Shown here one piece after another: positions 39,990-50,961 of a stretch of 64,000 bases of DNA (its first letter is position 1; the number at the start of each line of letters is the position of its first letter). Made by a program: the position numbers and the translations under genes. The notes beneath the pieces are model-generated. The model was not told where the DNA came from. It saw only the letters and a program-made list of their open reading frames with translations, and made no database searches. This DNA comes from an uncultured candidate division Zixibacteria bacterium (GTDB taxonomy: Bacteria; Zixibacteria; MSB-5A5; UBA10806): the NCBI GenBank assembly GCA_963801605.1, contig CAWDFP010000006.1, positions 1,376,001 to 1,440,000 of the forward strand, given 5' to 3'.

Positions 39990-40997
39990 ATGGCAGCGAA
40001 AATAGGGATAAATGGTTTTGGACGAATCGGGCGTCTGATTATTCGCGCCGGCCTGAATAATCGAGATTTGGAATTTGTGGCGGTCAACGATGTAACCGAC
40101 GCCAAAACTCTGGCTCATCTTCTGAAATATGATTCTGTGCATGGGATTTATCCCTGCGAGGTGAAAGCCCTGGAGGGTGCAATTTCAGTCGATGGCAAAG
40201 TCATCAAAGTCCTTTCCGAAAGGGACCCGGCGAAGCTTCCCTGGAAAGATATGGGAGTCGATATCGTAATCGAATCGACCGGCTTATTCACCAAAAAAGA
40301 GGATGCCATCAAACATATCCAGGCCGGTGCCAAGAAGGTAATCATTTCTGCGCCCGCCAAGGGACATGACGGCACCTTTGTGATGGGTGTCAATTTCGAT
40401 CAATATGATCCCGCCAAGGATCAGGTGATTTCGATCGGTTCTTGCACTACCAACTGCCTGGCGCCGGTCGTCAAGGTTCTGCATGATACCTTCAATATCA
40501 AGCGTGGTTTTATGACCACCATTCATGCTTACACCAACGATCAGAAAATCCTCGATATGCCGCATAAAGACTTGCGCCGAGCCAGAGGCGCGGCCCTCTC
40601 GATGATTCCCACCACCACCGGTGCGGCCAAGGCGATTTCCGAGGTAATCCCTGATATGAAGGGACGGCTCGACGGCGTGGCAGTGCGCGTCCCTACTCCG
40701 GACGGTTCGCTGGTTGACCTCGTTGTCGAAGTTGAAAAACCGACCACTAAAGAAGAAGTTAACGCCGCCATAAAGAAAGCCGCTGATGGCCCCATGAAAG
40801 GCGTTCTGGAATACACCGAGGACCCGATTGTTTCTATCGATGTTGTCGGCAATTCGCATTCATCGGTGTTTGATGCTTTATCGACGATGGTATCCGGTGG
40901 CAATTTAATCAAGGTCTTCTCCTGGTACGATAACGAGTGGGGTTTCTCCTGCCGGATGGTCGACATGATGAAGATTATGGCCGCCAAGCTTAAATAG
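39990..40997 (+). CDS. gap: Type I glyceraldehyde-3-phosphate dehydrogenase
   Basis: GINGFGRIGR, SCTTNCLAP, WYDNEWG. Confidence 0.97.
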   Translation: MAAKIGINGFGRIGRLIIRAGLNNRDLEFVAVNDVTDAKTLAHLLKYDSVHGIYPCEVKALEGAISVDGKVIKVLSERDPAKLPWKDMGVDIVIESTGLFTKKEDAIKHIQAGAKKVIISAPAKGHDGTFVMGVNFDQYDPAKDQVISIGSCTTNCLAPVVKVLHDTFNIKRGFMTTIHAYTNDQKILDMPHKDLRRARGAALSMIPTTTGAAKAISEVIPDMKGRLDGVAVRVPTPDGSLVDLVVEVEKPTTKEEVNAAIKKAADGPMKGVLEYTEDPIVSIDVVGNSHSSVFDALSTMVSGGNLIKVFSWYDNEWGFSCRMVDMMKIMAAKLK

Positions 40998-41133
40998 GCT
41001 TTTTCCGGATAAATTGCTTTGAAATTTCTGATATTGAAATAGTTTTTAAAAGGGGCGTTGCACAGATAAACTGCGACTCGCCCCTTATCTACTTTTTTTC
41101 TGGGGGCATAAAACTTTAGCGGGTGAGGGTTAT

Positions 41134-43377
41134 ATGTTCCGGAAAACTTTCGCGTTGGCCTTGGCCTTAAGCGCTATCCTTTGGCTGGCCTGCTCTAAAG
41201 ATAACAAATCGACTGCTCCCACGTCGGGTACCATCAGCGGCAGCGTAACCGCTGACGGTATCGGTGTTCCCGGTGTAAGTATCGTAGTTTCGCCTTATCT
41301 TTTCACCGATGGCGGGCAAAAAGTCGATAATGCCTTCGAGCAGGCAGGTTCTGCCGCTGACGGGGATTTCCGGGTTGAAGTGCTCGCGGGGCGCTATAGA
41401 ATTTCTTTCAGCGCATTTATAACGGCGAAAGTTTCAATACTGCCCGCTATCCTATCGACGTTGCCGCGGGGACAGAGGTGACTGTCAATGTTGAACTGAA
41501 AAACCCGGCGCCCGTAAATCTTCTTCTAAGCGAAAGGGAAGCCGCTGTACAAGTTACTTGCGAACCGGGTTATAGAGCGATTTCACATAATATCTATCGC
41601 TCTCCGCTCGAACTGGATAACTATGTCTTGGTCGGGTCCTCGGCGGGCGGCGGCGCCGTCAGCTATCTCGATTCACCTCCGGTGTTGGGAGGATATAAAT
41701 ATCGGGTAACGGCCGTTTCCATAAACGGAGAATCAGCCCCCAGCAATGAGGTCCCGATCGATTTCACCGGAATGATCCCGGCGCCCTCAAACTTTACAGC
41801 CAGCGATCAGGTAAGTTATGTGCGATTGCAATGGAATCGCGTTAGTTCGGCGGTCCAATACAAAATTTACAGATCAAGCACATCGAACAATTGGACTTTC
41901 CTGACTTCGACGACTGCCTTGACCGGCGCTGACGTCCCCGATCAATTTGGGACTTATAACTACCGCGTAACTGCCATATCTTCTTACGGCACCGAGTCGA
42001 TTCCATCTATGGCGGTTTCGGTGAATTTCGATGGCCGTATTGATGCTCCTCAGAGACTGACCATCATAGATCGCGGCTCAAATATCTATCTTACCTGGGA
42101 GGAATCCGAACAGGCCGGACAATACTATATCTATCGCTCGCCTGGCAATGAAAATGCCTACGCCAAAATCGATTCGACCGAATCAGCCAATTATACCGAT
42201 CACCCCGACAACCAATGGACGATTCTTCTATAAGGTTTCCGCGACCGGGCCTAATGGTTTGGAATCATTCCAATCCAGTTCGGTTTATATCGACTATGAC
42301 GGTCGCCTCGATCCGCCGCACTCCGTTTCAGCCTACAACCAGGGATTATCGGTTGCCGTCACTTGGGAAACTGTACCATGGGCCGGTGCTTATGTTGTTT
42401 ACCGCTCCGACGATAATGGGTCAACCTACCACCAGATCGCCCGGGTTTCGCCGGCTTCAACTCAATTTATAGATACTCCTCCCGCATCCGGTGATTATCT
42501 CTACAAAGTATCTACCGAAACTATTGATGGTATCGGCGGACCTCTATCTGCCCCGGCTGCTGTGCATTACCTGGATAATTTATTACCTCCTTTTAATGTC
42601 ACCGCCCAGAATATGGGACTGAGCGTTCGCTTAACATGGCAACATGTGGATAACGCCACTGCCTATACCGTTTATCGAGCCCCCGAACCATCAGGCGATT
42701 ATGTCGAAATCGAGGATTCCACCGGTAATATCGATTTTAGCGATACTCCGCCTGTTGCCGGGCCGTACTACTATCGTGTCGAGGCTTTCGATAACCATGG
42801 GCATAGGTCTCCTCTGAGTTACTACGCTTATACATACTTCACCGCTCGTCCAATGACACCTTATAATCTACTTCTTGAAAATTTGAATTATTATATAAGA
42901 CTTGATTGGGATTACTCAGGCCCTATCGATTCTTTCCTGGTTTTCAGGGCAACAACTTTCAATGGCACGTTTGTACCTCAGTTCTGGAGCCGGCAATCCT
43001 ATGCTAATGATTGGCCTCCGTCAGCAGGACATTATTTTTATAAAATTCAGGCAGTTTATCACGGGATATCTTCAGAACAATCGGAGTATGGCCATGTTTA
43101 TTTGTCGGGCATATTCAATTCTCCGAGCGATCTTTCGGGCTATGACGCTGGCAGCAATGTTCGCCTGGATTGGAGTTCCGTTACTGGCGCGGCCAGTTAT
43201 GACGTTTATCGTGGTACTAATCCGGACAACATGATATTAAACCAAACCGTCTATTTGCCCAGCGCCTCCGATACGCCGCCGGAGTCCGGATCCTATTATT
43301 ACGCCGTTTCGGCTAAAACAGTGGGCGGGTTGGAATCTCCTGTTTGCTCGCCGATAATGGTACAATTTACTCCCTGA
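41134..43377 (+). CDS. FN3-repeat lipoprotein (~747 aa), split by two compensating frameshifts (~41417, ~42204)
   Basis: LAC lipobox; three ORFs are colinear with paralogue 43661-45916; adding a T at TTT 41416-41418 and removing a C at CCCC 42203-42206 restores one frame; repeats W......Y.IYRS...D.P...G.Y.Y.V...G.ES. Confidence 0.8.
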
Positions 43378-43660
43378 TCAGATGCAATTTAGTTGTTTTG
43401 AAAAGGCTTTGGAAAGTGGATTGTATTTATTTATAATGAATTACAAAGGCGTCCTTTTAATTTGCAGTTGCCGCGGCGCTGGCAACCCGGGCGGAACCAT
43501 CGCGTTCTTGCCTTGATGATGATGGAGGAGAGAAGCATTTTACCTCGGGATGCTTATAATGATTTAATTCCGAGCATAACTATTTTTTCGCGGAGCAATT
43601 AACAAACGCTTCCGCGAACATGATATCAATCCGTCATTTTTTGGAATTGGTTGATTCGAG

Positions 43661-45916
43661 GTGATTATGAAAACTCAGGTTCTTATCTCAAGCGCGATCA
43701 TCGCGGGATTTGTGTTATTTGGATGCAGCGATGAGCGGACTACAACACCATCGTCCAACACCGGTTTTATCGAAGGCCATGTCACGGTGGATGGTGTCGG
43801 CGCTTCCAGCGCCTACGGCTTAATTATATCTGTAACTCCCTATGTTATACTTAATGGTGGCAGCCCCAAACCCGATCAATCTCTGAGTCAATCCTCAATC
43901 TCCGAAGATGGCGACTATAGAATCGAAGTCACGCCTGGCTCATATAAAGTCTCGTTTACCTCTTCTGGAAACTATTACGGATTGTCCGCCTACAGATATC
44001 CAATTGAGGTTACCCCCGGCCAGACTACGACATTAAACGTAGAAATGAGAGAGCGCGGTGCCGTTAACCTTCTGGCCCTGGATTTTGATGCCCAGGTTTT
44101 GCTAACATTTGAAGGTGGCTATAACGCCGACCGATACCGTTATTATCGTTCACTCTCCGAGCTTAACCAGTACGAACTTATTTTGGAATCTTCTAACAAT
44201 TATAGGAACCTGACTGATCGTCCCCCATCTGTTGGAAATTATAAATATAAAGTTGTCGCCATTAATTCAAACGGAGAGACTCCGCCTTCAAATGAGGCCA
44301 TGGTCTCGTTCAGCGGCATTCCTCTGCCTCCGTCAATCTTGATTGCCCATGATCATATCAATCACGTTTCGCTATCCTGGCAGCGAAATTCCGACGGGCA
44401 GTCTTATGATATTTATAGATCCCTCAACGGTAACGATTGGACGCTCATTAAGACATCCACAAGTACCAGCTACGATGATTCTCTTCAAAATTATGCCCTT
44501 TATTATTATCGCCTTAAAACCCTTTCCCAGTACAATCTCGAATCGCCGCCAACTCAAACTGTGAGCGTTAATTACGATGGCCGCCCCGATGCGCCCACTA
44601 ACCTTGGGGCTCAAGATGCGGGGAATGAGATAGAATTATATTGGAATTCTTCCTTACCCGGCACGATATATAAATTATATCGAGCCTTTGGCGAAAATGG
44701 GAATTATGAGTTTATCGCAACGGTAAATACTAATAGATTCGTCGACCGCCCAACCGAACCTGGAACTTATTATTATCAGGTTACCGAATTGATAGCTGGT
44801 GGTTTCGAATCAGAACGTTCAATTCCTGTTTCGATTTACTTTGACGGCCATTTCGATCCTCCTACTGCTGTTGCGGCCAGTCTTCAGGGATTTCGCGTCT
44901 ACATTAGTTGGAATTCAGTCCCCAATGCCAGATATTATGGAGTCTATCGCTCCGCAGATAATGGCGAGCATTACCAGCGGACTGATATGTCTAACGGAAA
45001 TCAATGGGACGTTCCCCCTGCCATCGGGACTTACCTTTATGCTGTTACTACAATTACTGATGATGGCATGGTCGAAAGCGAAAAATCGGTTCCTGCCCAG
45101 ATATATTATTCAGGCCAGGGGACCGCTCCAAATTATATTAATGTTAATAGCTATGGCACATTTCTTCAAATCTATTGGGGGTCAGTGGAGGGCGCCGACT
45201 ACTATAAATTATATAGATCGCCTACTCTGGATGGAGAATATATTTCTATCGTGGACAGCCTTCATAATACCAACTTTTCAGATTCTCCCGATACCGCCGG
45301 TTACTACTATTATAAGGTCCAGGCTTTTACGCAGGACGGTTTATCCTCCGCTCTTAGCAATGCCACTTATATCTATTTTACTGACAAACCTATTCCGCCG
45401 CAATTCTACATTAGCAATATGGGATACTGCCTTCAATTAACCTGGAATACCGACACTACCAGATCGCTTTATATCGTTTATAGATACGACACCTACGCCA
45501 ACGATTATATCCCTATCGATTCCACCACCGGTTTTACATTGTATGATTATTTGGTTGCTCCGGGTAATTATAGTTACAGGATGAGAGTCAAACAATATGA
45601 CATCTATTCCGATTTTTCAGAACCGGCCTGGTGCTATTTTTCAGCGAGACTTGATGCTCCCCGTTTGTATTATCTCAATGATATCGGCCTATCGATCTTA
45701 TTCACCTGGTATAATCTTGAGGGCGCTAGTAAATATAATATTTTTCGAGGAACCAGCCGTAATAACCTCGTCTGGATAAATTATGTCATTGGTGATTGCG
45801 CTGTTTACGATACCCCGCCTTCCGAGGGTTGGTACTTCTATGCTGTTACCGGCGAAACAGAAGGTGGCCTGGAATCCCCAATGTCGGCTATCGATAGCAT
45901 TTACTTTACTCCCTGA
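43661..45916 (+). CDS. FN3-repeat lipoprotein
   Basis: LFGC lipobox; N-terminal beta-sandwich domain and about seven FN3-like repeats; ends YFTP like its paralogue (QFTP). Confidence 0.82.
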   Translation: MIMKTQVLISSAIIAGFVLFGCSDERTTTPSSNTGFIEGHVTVDGVGASSAYGLIISVTPYVILNGGSPKPDQSLSQSSISEDGDYRIEVTPGSYKVSFTSSGNYYGLSAYRYPIEVTPGQTTTLNVEMRERGAVNLLALDFDAQVLLTFEGGYNADRYRYYRSLSELNQYELILESSNNYRNLTDRPPSVGNYKYKVVAINSNGETPPSNEAMVSFSGIPLPPSILIAHDHINHVSLSWQRNSDGQSYDIYRSLNGNDWTLIKTSTSTSYDDSLQNYALYYYRLKTLSQYNLESPPTQTVSVNYDGRPDAPTNLGAQDAGNEIELYWNSSLPGTIYKLYRAFGENGNYEFIATVNTNRFVDRPTEPGTYYYQVTELIAGGFESERSIPVSIYFDGHFDPPTAVAASLQGFRVYISWNSVPNARYYGVYRSADNGEHYQRTDMSNGNQWDVPPAIGTYLYAVTTITDDGMVESEKSVPAQIYYSGQGTAPNYINVNSYGTFLQIYWGSVEGADYYKLYRSPTLDGEYISIVDSLHNTNFSDSPDTAGYYYYKVQAFTQDGLSSALSNATYIYFTDKPIPPQFYISNMGYCLQLTWNTDTTRSLYIVYRYDTYANDYIPIDSTTGFTLYDYLVAPGNYSYRMRVKQYDIYSDFSEPAWCYFSARLDAPRLYYLNDIGLSILFTWYNLEGASKYNIFRGTSRNNLVWINYVIGDCAVYDTPPSEGWYFYAVTGETEGGLESPMSAIDSIYFTP

Positions 45917-45949
45917 TAATTTTGTTCTATTTCGTTTTCAAAAGGAGGA

Positions 45950-47161
45950 TTGGTGAACAAACTGACAATTGACGATATCGATTTGAAAGGCAAACGAGCC
46001 CTGCTCAGGGTCGACTTTAACGTTCCTATCGATGGTGGTAAGGTCACCGATGATACCCGGCTGGTGGCTTCTATACCAACAATCCAAAAATTGATTCAAT
46101 CCAACGCCAGGGTTATCCTCATGTCACATCTCGGCCGGCCCAAAGGCGGCCCCGATCCCAAATATAGCCTGCGTCCGGTGGCGGAGCGTCTCTCGAAGCT
46201 CATGGGCATCCCCGTTAAATTTGTTGATGATTGTATTGGGGCTGCTGCCCAGAGCGCCGCAAAAAATCTCGGTAATGGTGAAATTCTCCTCCTGGAAAAC
46301 TTACGTTTTCATCCCGAGGAGGAAAAAAACGAACCCAATTTTGCCAAAGAGCTGGCGTCCCTTGGCGATATTTATATCAATGACGCCTTCGGGTCTGCCC
46401 ATCGCGCCCACGCCTCCACCGAGGGTGTAACCCGCTATATCCAGCCCGCGGTCGCTGGATATCTCATGAAAAAGGAACTGGATTATCTTGGTATGGCCCT
46501 CGAGGATCCTGTCAGGCCGTTTGTAGCCATCCTCGGCGGAGCCAAGATATCCGGAAAGATTGATGTTATCTCCAACCTGCTTGATAAAGTTGACTCGCTT
46601 CTTATCGGAGGCGGCATGGCTTTCACCTTTTTCAAAGCAAAAGGGCTCAACGTTGGCAAATCCCTTTTGGAAGAAGATAAAATTAACGAGGCCAGCAATA
46701 TTATGCTGCTTGCCGAAAGCCGCAAATCCAATCTGGTATTGCCAATCGATGTGATAGTCACGACCGATTTGAACGACCCCAACGCTCCTTCCGAAATTGT
46801 CGGCGCCGCCGGTTTAAAAGGAGATATGATCGGTGTCGATATCGGACCTCGTACCGTTGATGCATTTCTTGAACATATCTCGTCCGCTGGCACCGTAATC
46901 TGGAATGGCCCTATGGGCATTTTCGAAAATCCGCGCTATGCATCCGGTACTTTTGCAATTGCCAAGGCGTTGGCCGATGCTACCGACCGCGGTTGCATCA
47001 CAATCGTAGGCGGCGGCGATTCAGCGGCCGCCGTTGCCAAAGCCGGGTTGGCCGATAGAATGTCCCATGTCTCAACTGGCGGTGGCGCTTCGTTGGAATT
47101 TCTCGAGGGCAAAAAACTGCCCGGTGTGGCGGCATTGACCAACAAAGGAGGCAATAAGTGA
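45950..47161 (+). CDS. pgk: Phosphoglycerate kinase
   Basis: [52 protein letters not shown]. Confidence 0.97.
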   Translation: MVNKLTIDDIDLKGKRALLRVDFNVPIDGGKVTDDTRLVASIPTIQKLIQSNARVILMSHLGRPKGGPDPKYSLRPVAERLSKLMGIPVKFVDDCIGAAAQSAAKNLGNGEILLLENLRFHPEEEKNEPNFAKELASLGDIYINDAFGSAHRAHASTEGVTRYIQPAVAGYLMKKELDYLGMALEDPVRPFVAILGGAKISGKIDVISNLLDKVDSLLIGGGMAFTFFKAKGLNVGKSLLEEDKINEASNIMLLAESRKSNLVLPIDVIVTTDLNDPNAPSEIVGAAGLKGDMIGVDIGPRTVDAFLEHISSAGTVIWNGPMGIFENPRYASGTFAIAKALADATDRGCITIVGGGDSAAAVAKAGLADRMSHVSTGGGASLEFLEGKKLPGVAALTNKGGNK

Positions 47162-47907
47162 GAAAAGCATTCGTCGCCGGCAACTGGAAAATGTACACCG
47201 ATTTCGCATCGGCAGGGGAGTTGGCCGGGAAACTTAAAATCTCCCTGGGAAGCGCTGACTGGACCGATATCGCGGTATTTCCGCCTTTTACTTCGCTTGG
47301 CTCCGTTATTACCGCCTTACAGGGAACAGCGATCTCTGTTGGCGGCCAGAATCTGTTTTGGGAAAAGGAAGGCGCTTATACCGGCGAAATTTCCCCATTG
47401 ATGCTTAAGCACGTCGGCTGCAGCATGGTTCTGATTGGACATTCCGAACGACGCACTTATTTTGGAGAAAAAGATTCCACCGTCCTTCGTAAAATCCACG
47501 CGGCTCTGGGGGCCGGTCTCAAGCCTATCGTTTGTGTAGGGGAGACTTTGGAACAGCGCGAATCAGGCATCACCGAGTCGGTCGTGGAACGCCAGATCAA
47601 AGAAGGACTGGGTGAGATTAAGAATATTTCTAATATCACTTTGGCTTATGAGCCGGTATGGGCTATTGGAACCGGCCGCAATGCCACGCCTCAGCAGGCG
47701 CAGGATGTCCATAAATTTATTCGAAACCTCGTAGCCCAATGCTGGAACCTCGAAACAGCTGAGGCGATCCGCATATTATATGGCGGTTCGGTCAAACCGG
47801 ATAACTCCCGAACCCTATGGGAAATGGACGATATCGATGGTTTTTTGGTGGGTGGGGCCAGCTTAAAAGCCGATTCTTTTACGGCGATTGCGGAATCGGT
47901 TAAATAA
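47158..47907 (+). CDS. tpiA: Triosephosphate isomerase
   Basis: [35 protein letters not shown]. Confidence 0.97.
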   Translation: MRKAFVAGNWKMYTDFASAGELAGKLKISLGSADWTDIAVFPPFTSLGSVITALQGTAISVGGQNLFWEKEGAYTGEISPLMLKHVGCSMVLIGHSERRTYFGEKDSTVLRKIHAALGAGLKPIVCVGETLEQRESGITESVVERQIKEGLGEIKNISNITLAYEPVWAIGTGRNATPQQAQDVHKFIRNLVAQCWNLETAEAIRILYGGSVKPDNSRTLWEMDDIDGFLVGGASLKADSFTAIAESVK

Positions 47908-47911
47908 GGCC

Positions 47912-47939
47912 TTGACATATTTGGCTCAGTAAATATCTT
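47912..47939 (+). promoter_or_regulatory. Putative promoter for secG-tRNA-Leu
   Basis: TTGACA, 16-bp spacer, TATCTT. Confidence 0.5.
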
Positions 47940-47980
47940 TAGAGGTTACTGAAAATTTTTTTGGAGGATTGAAATAAGAA

Positions 47981-48475
47981 ATGGCATTTTTGTATCCCAT
48001 ACTGATCGTAATACATATCTTGATCAGCGCTTCGCTGATTATCGTAGTATTATTACAGTCATCAAAAGGTGAAGGCCTGGCAGGCGCTTTTGGTGGCGGC
48101 GGCTTGAGCGGCGCGGTTTTTGGTGGACGTGGCGCGGCCACATTCTTGTCCAAGGCCACTTCGGTATTAGCTATCTGCTTTATGCTTTCGAGCATTGGAC
48201 TGACAGTTGTTTCATTAGGCGTAAAAGGCAGCAGTACCTCATCCGGTGTTATCCAGAATTTGAAAACTGGCCAATCGCAGCAGCTTCCCGAGACTCCAAC
48301 TACTGTTCCTGGAGCCCCCCAGCAGGGTGCTCAGCCAGGCGCTCAGAATGGTACGGGATCGGATTTGTTTAATCAAACTGCCCCGGCTCAATCGCAGCAA
48401 CCTGCTACGACCGCACCTCCTCCGGCTTCCCAGCAACAGACTCCGGCCACGCCAAAGCCGGCTGGGACCAAGTAA
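47981..48475 (+). CDS. secG: Preprotein translocase subunit SecG with low-complexity C-terminal extension
   Basis: VLLQSSKG.GLAGAFGGG, FL.KAT; conserved tpiA-secG-tRNA-Leu order. Confidence 0.92.
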   Translation: MAFLYPILIVIHILISASLIIVVLLQSSKGEGLAGAFGGGGLSGAVFGGRGAATFLSKATSVLAICFMLSSIGLTVVSLGVKGSSTSSGVIQNLKTGQSQQLPETPTTVPGAPQQGAQPGAQNGTGSDLFNQTAPAQSQQPATTAPPPASQQQTPATPKPAGTK

Positions 48476-48486
48476 AGCTATCTAAC

Positions 48487-48568
48487 GCGGAAGTGGCGGA
48501 ACTGGCAGACGCGCCATCTTGAGGGGGTGGTGCCGAAAGGCGTGAGGGTTCAAGTCCCTCCTTCCGCA
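48487..48568 (+). tRNA. tRNA-Leu (anticodon GAG), CCA not encoded
   Basis: GCGGAAG/CTTCCGC acceptor stem, D arm GCGGAACTGGCAGACGC, anticodon arm CCATC-TTGAGGG-GGTGG, long variable arm, GGGTTCAAGTCCC T arm. Confidence 0.95.
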
Positions 48569-48580
48569 GATAAAGATATA

Positions 48581-48620
48581 TCCCGCAAGTCGTTGTAAGA
48601 CTTGCGGGAATCTTATTTTC
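48581..48620 (+). terminator. Hairpin/terminator after tRNA-Leu
   Basis: TCCCGCAAGTC/GACTTGCGGGA 11-bp stem followed by a T-rich tail. Confidence 0.65.
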
Positions 48621-48741
48621 TGGGAGCACTTACAGTGTTTTTCTCAGATTTTAAGTCAGTATATCTACCAATAACTTACAACGAATTTATAGGCATATAT
48701 GTAACAGTCACAAAATAAGAATGTCCATAGACGGGTAAAAA

Positions 48742-48931
48742 AGACGGATAGAAGCCGTCTCAGGCTGTTAACAATTAGTCATTTCGAGAATTGTTGCTTG
48801 CAAGAGTATATTTCCCTATTGATTAAAGTGTAGGGGCGTATTGCAATACGCCCCTACAATAAAATAATTAAATTTCGAATGGGATAAATCTATGACTTTG
48901 TAAACAATCTCAGACGGATAGAAGCCGTCTC
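48742..48931. repeat. 20-bp direct repeat enclosing a perfect 30-bp GTAG palindrome
   Basis: AGACGGATAGAAGCCGTCTC at 48742 and 48912; TGTAGGGGCGTATTGCAATACGCCCCTACA at 48829-48858. Confidence 0.85.
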
Positions 48932-48979
48932 TTTTTCGGGTGGAGCAACGCATATGCCAATTGGTATCCCATTGAGATT

Positions 48980-49460
48980 CTAGTAGGGGAGAAGATTGAT
49001 TTTTTCGCGGTTCACATCGGGGGCATGGTAAGCGTAAATGAGCGTTGACTGAATATCGGAATGCCCCATCCACGCTTGGATATCTCGAATCGGCACTCCC
49101 GATGCAAGGGTATACGTTCCAAACGTACGACGCAAGTCGTTCAGTTTGTCTAATTGCCCAAGTTTTTGTAATTATCTCTGGTAAGCTAATGACAATTCCT
49201 GTGGCCTGTGGTACTTAATGGTTACCCCTTCTTTTTTGCTTCTGGGAAGTGCCCATGAATCCTTGAGCACATTGGTTTGCTTGAGAATTTTAGCCAGCTG
49301 ATGACTCAGGGGGATCGTACGTGGCCGCTTACCTTTGGAAGTATAGCTGCGATCGGACCGTATTTTTATTTCCATCTTCTTGAAATCGATGTCCGACATT
49401 TTTAATTCAACCATTTCAGATCTTCGCAAACTAGAATATACTCATAATCCAATCAGCCTC
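48980..49460 (-). pseudogene. Tyrosine recombinase/integrase remnant (catalytic domain only)
   Basis: One frame reads LRRSE...L...DIDF...SKGKRPRTIPL, in-frame TAA (49172-49174), then NDLRRTFGT...GVPIRDIQAWMGHSDIQSTLIY, TAG at 48980; a further stop upstream and no N-terminus. Confidence 0.88.
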
Positions 49461-49532
49461 TTAATATATGGCGAAGCGGCTGTCATCAGGAGCCTTTGGG
49501 AAGTCGACAGCAGGGTATGGTAAGCCTCGAAA

Positions 49533-49670
49533 TCAATTTGGTTTTCCACTGCCGGGTACCGAAGCGTTCTTAGATTGCTTCTCCTGCTTTCTCAATGTCT
49601 CCTGGCCCTGTTTATCTAACTTTTGTTTTTGGCTCTTGTTCTTATCCTTTTTCCCGCCTTTGTCTCCCAT
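49533..49670 (-). CDS. 45-aa Lys/Gln-rich small protein (MGDKGGKKDKNKSQKQK...), missed by the ORF track
   Basis: AAGGAG 7 nt before the ATG at 49670; TGA at 49533-49535. Confidence 0.65.
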   Translation of the reverse strand: MGDKGGKKDKNKSQKQKLDKQGQETLRKQEKQSKNASVPGSGKPN

Positions 49671-50044
49671 TTCGTGACTCCTTTCAATTTACCATTTTCC
49701 CTCTTACTGAGGAGGGCATTAGCCGCACCATAGATTTAAGGCGGCTAATCTGCATCGTATTTAAGGCCATTAGTATAAATTACAATAATTATCTATAATA
49801 TTATAGCCCGCCAATTAATTAGTGTCAACCAGAATCAAGGTAAATGGTCGAGTTGGCGGTTCGAGTTTGATGTCTATTGCTGCCATATTATTTGTACTAA
49901 GGCAATTCATTTTCAACTTGACGAATTAGGCTTTTTTTTGCTAATCTTGGCATTCGTAATACCCGCTTGCCCCGCTGTTATAATGGTAGGGGTGTCGCGG
50001 CGGCCAGAACATTAACGCCTAGACGGTTGTGGAGGCACAATCGA

Positions 50045-50716
50045 ATGTCGAAAATCAGAGTACTGCTGATCGAAGATAACCGCCTTCTACGAGAAGGCAT
50101 AGAAGCCATGCTCAACGAGCAGGAGGATATCAGGGCACTTTCGGCCGCCGGGAATGGTGATGCCTTTGAAAAAGCGGAGAAGCTCAATCCACATGTCGTC
50201 CTCCTGGATCTTGGTCTCAGGAGCCAAAACAGCCTAAAGGTGGTAGGACACATCAGGAAGAAGTTTCCCGGGACAGAGGTGGTCGTGATGGATCTTATTC
50301 CCGTGCATGCCGAGGTCATTGAATTCGTGAAAGCCGGTGTTTCGGGCTTCATTCTCAAAGACGCCACTCTCGATGATTTTCTGCATACCATCAGGTCAGT
50401 TGCGAAAGGGAAAAAAGTTCTTCCGCCACCATTAACCGATTCGCTCTTTTCCCATATTGTCGAGCACGCTGTCCAGGCGGGTAAAGTAGACGAACTAATC
50501 GAGTCGGTTAAGTTGACTAAAAGGGAACAGGATGTAATAGATCTGATAGCCCTTGGCCGAAGCAATAAGGCAATCGCCTCGGAACTTAATATCGCTATCC
50601 ATACAGTCAAAAGCCATGTGCATAATATTCTCGAAAAGCTGGCCCTGCATACGCGTCTTGAATTGGCCAGTTTCGCTCATACCAAAAACACAAATATCGA
50701 TAACTCTGAACGGTAA
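50045..50716 (+). CDS. NarL/FixJ-family response regulator (REC + LuxR HTH), paralogue 1
   Basis: ATG at 50045 after GGAGG; IEDN, VVLLD, GFILKD, LTKRE..V, SNK.IA..L.I...TVKSH. Confidence 0.9.
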   Translation: MSKIRVLLIEDNRLLREGIEAMLNEQEDIRALSAAGNGDAFEKAEKLNPHVVLLDLGLRSQNSLKVVGHIRKKFPGTEVVVMDLIPVHAEVIEFVKAGVSGFILKDATLDDFLHTIRSVAKGKKVLPPPLTDSLFSHIVEHAVQAGKVDELIESVKLTKREQDVIDLIALGRSNKAIASELNIAIHTVKSHVHNILEKLALHTRLELASFAHTKNTNIDNSER

Positions 50717-50747
50717 CCTAAGAACCGTAAGTAGAAATCAATCAAAG

Positions 50748-50857
50748 GGATTAGACCCTTTTTCAATCCTTAGAGCGATTGACCCAATTTTAAATCTTTA
50801 TATAATAGGTCCATAGATATGTACCGTTTTCCGGAAGACTAAAAGGGGGCTTCCGGA
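50748..50857 (+). promoter_or_regulatory. Conserved island promoter module, copy 1
   Basis: CCCTTTT-TCAATC-CTTAGAGC-GATTGA overlapping -35 TTGACC (50779), 16 bp, TATAAT (50801), AGGTCCATAGA, then a GGAAG/CTTCC hairpin. Confidence 0.8.
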
Positions 50858-50961
50858 GAACTGAATTTTCATGAAGTTTGATTCATGAAGAGGCGAACTC
50901 GGCGAGGGGACAATCAATTAAGGGACGAGTTAGAATATTATTGTGTGGTGATGAGGTTATC

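Noticed and set aside
41416..42206. Programmed frameshifting or phase variation in the FN3 gene
   Set aside because: The runs are only 3-4 nt with no slippery heptamer, and similar indels are scattered across the window.
43441..43620. Riboswitch between the FN3 paralogues
   Set aside because: Small hairpins are present (GTTGCC/GGCAAC, CGCGGA/TCCGCG) but no aptamer consensus that I can recognise.
48816..49073. 85-aa minus-strand ORF
   Set aside because: Out-of-frame reading over the integrase remnant and repeats.
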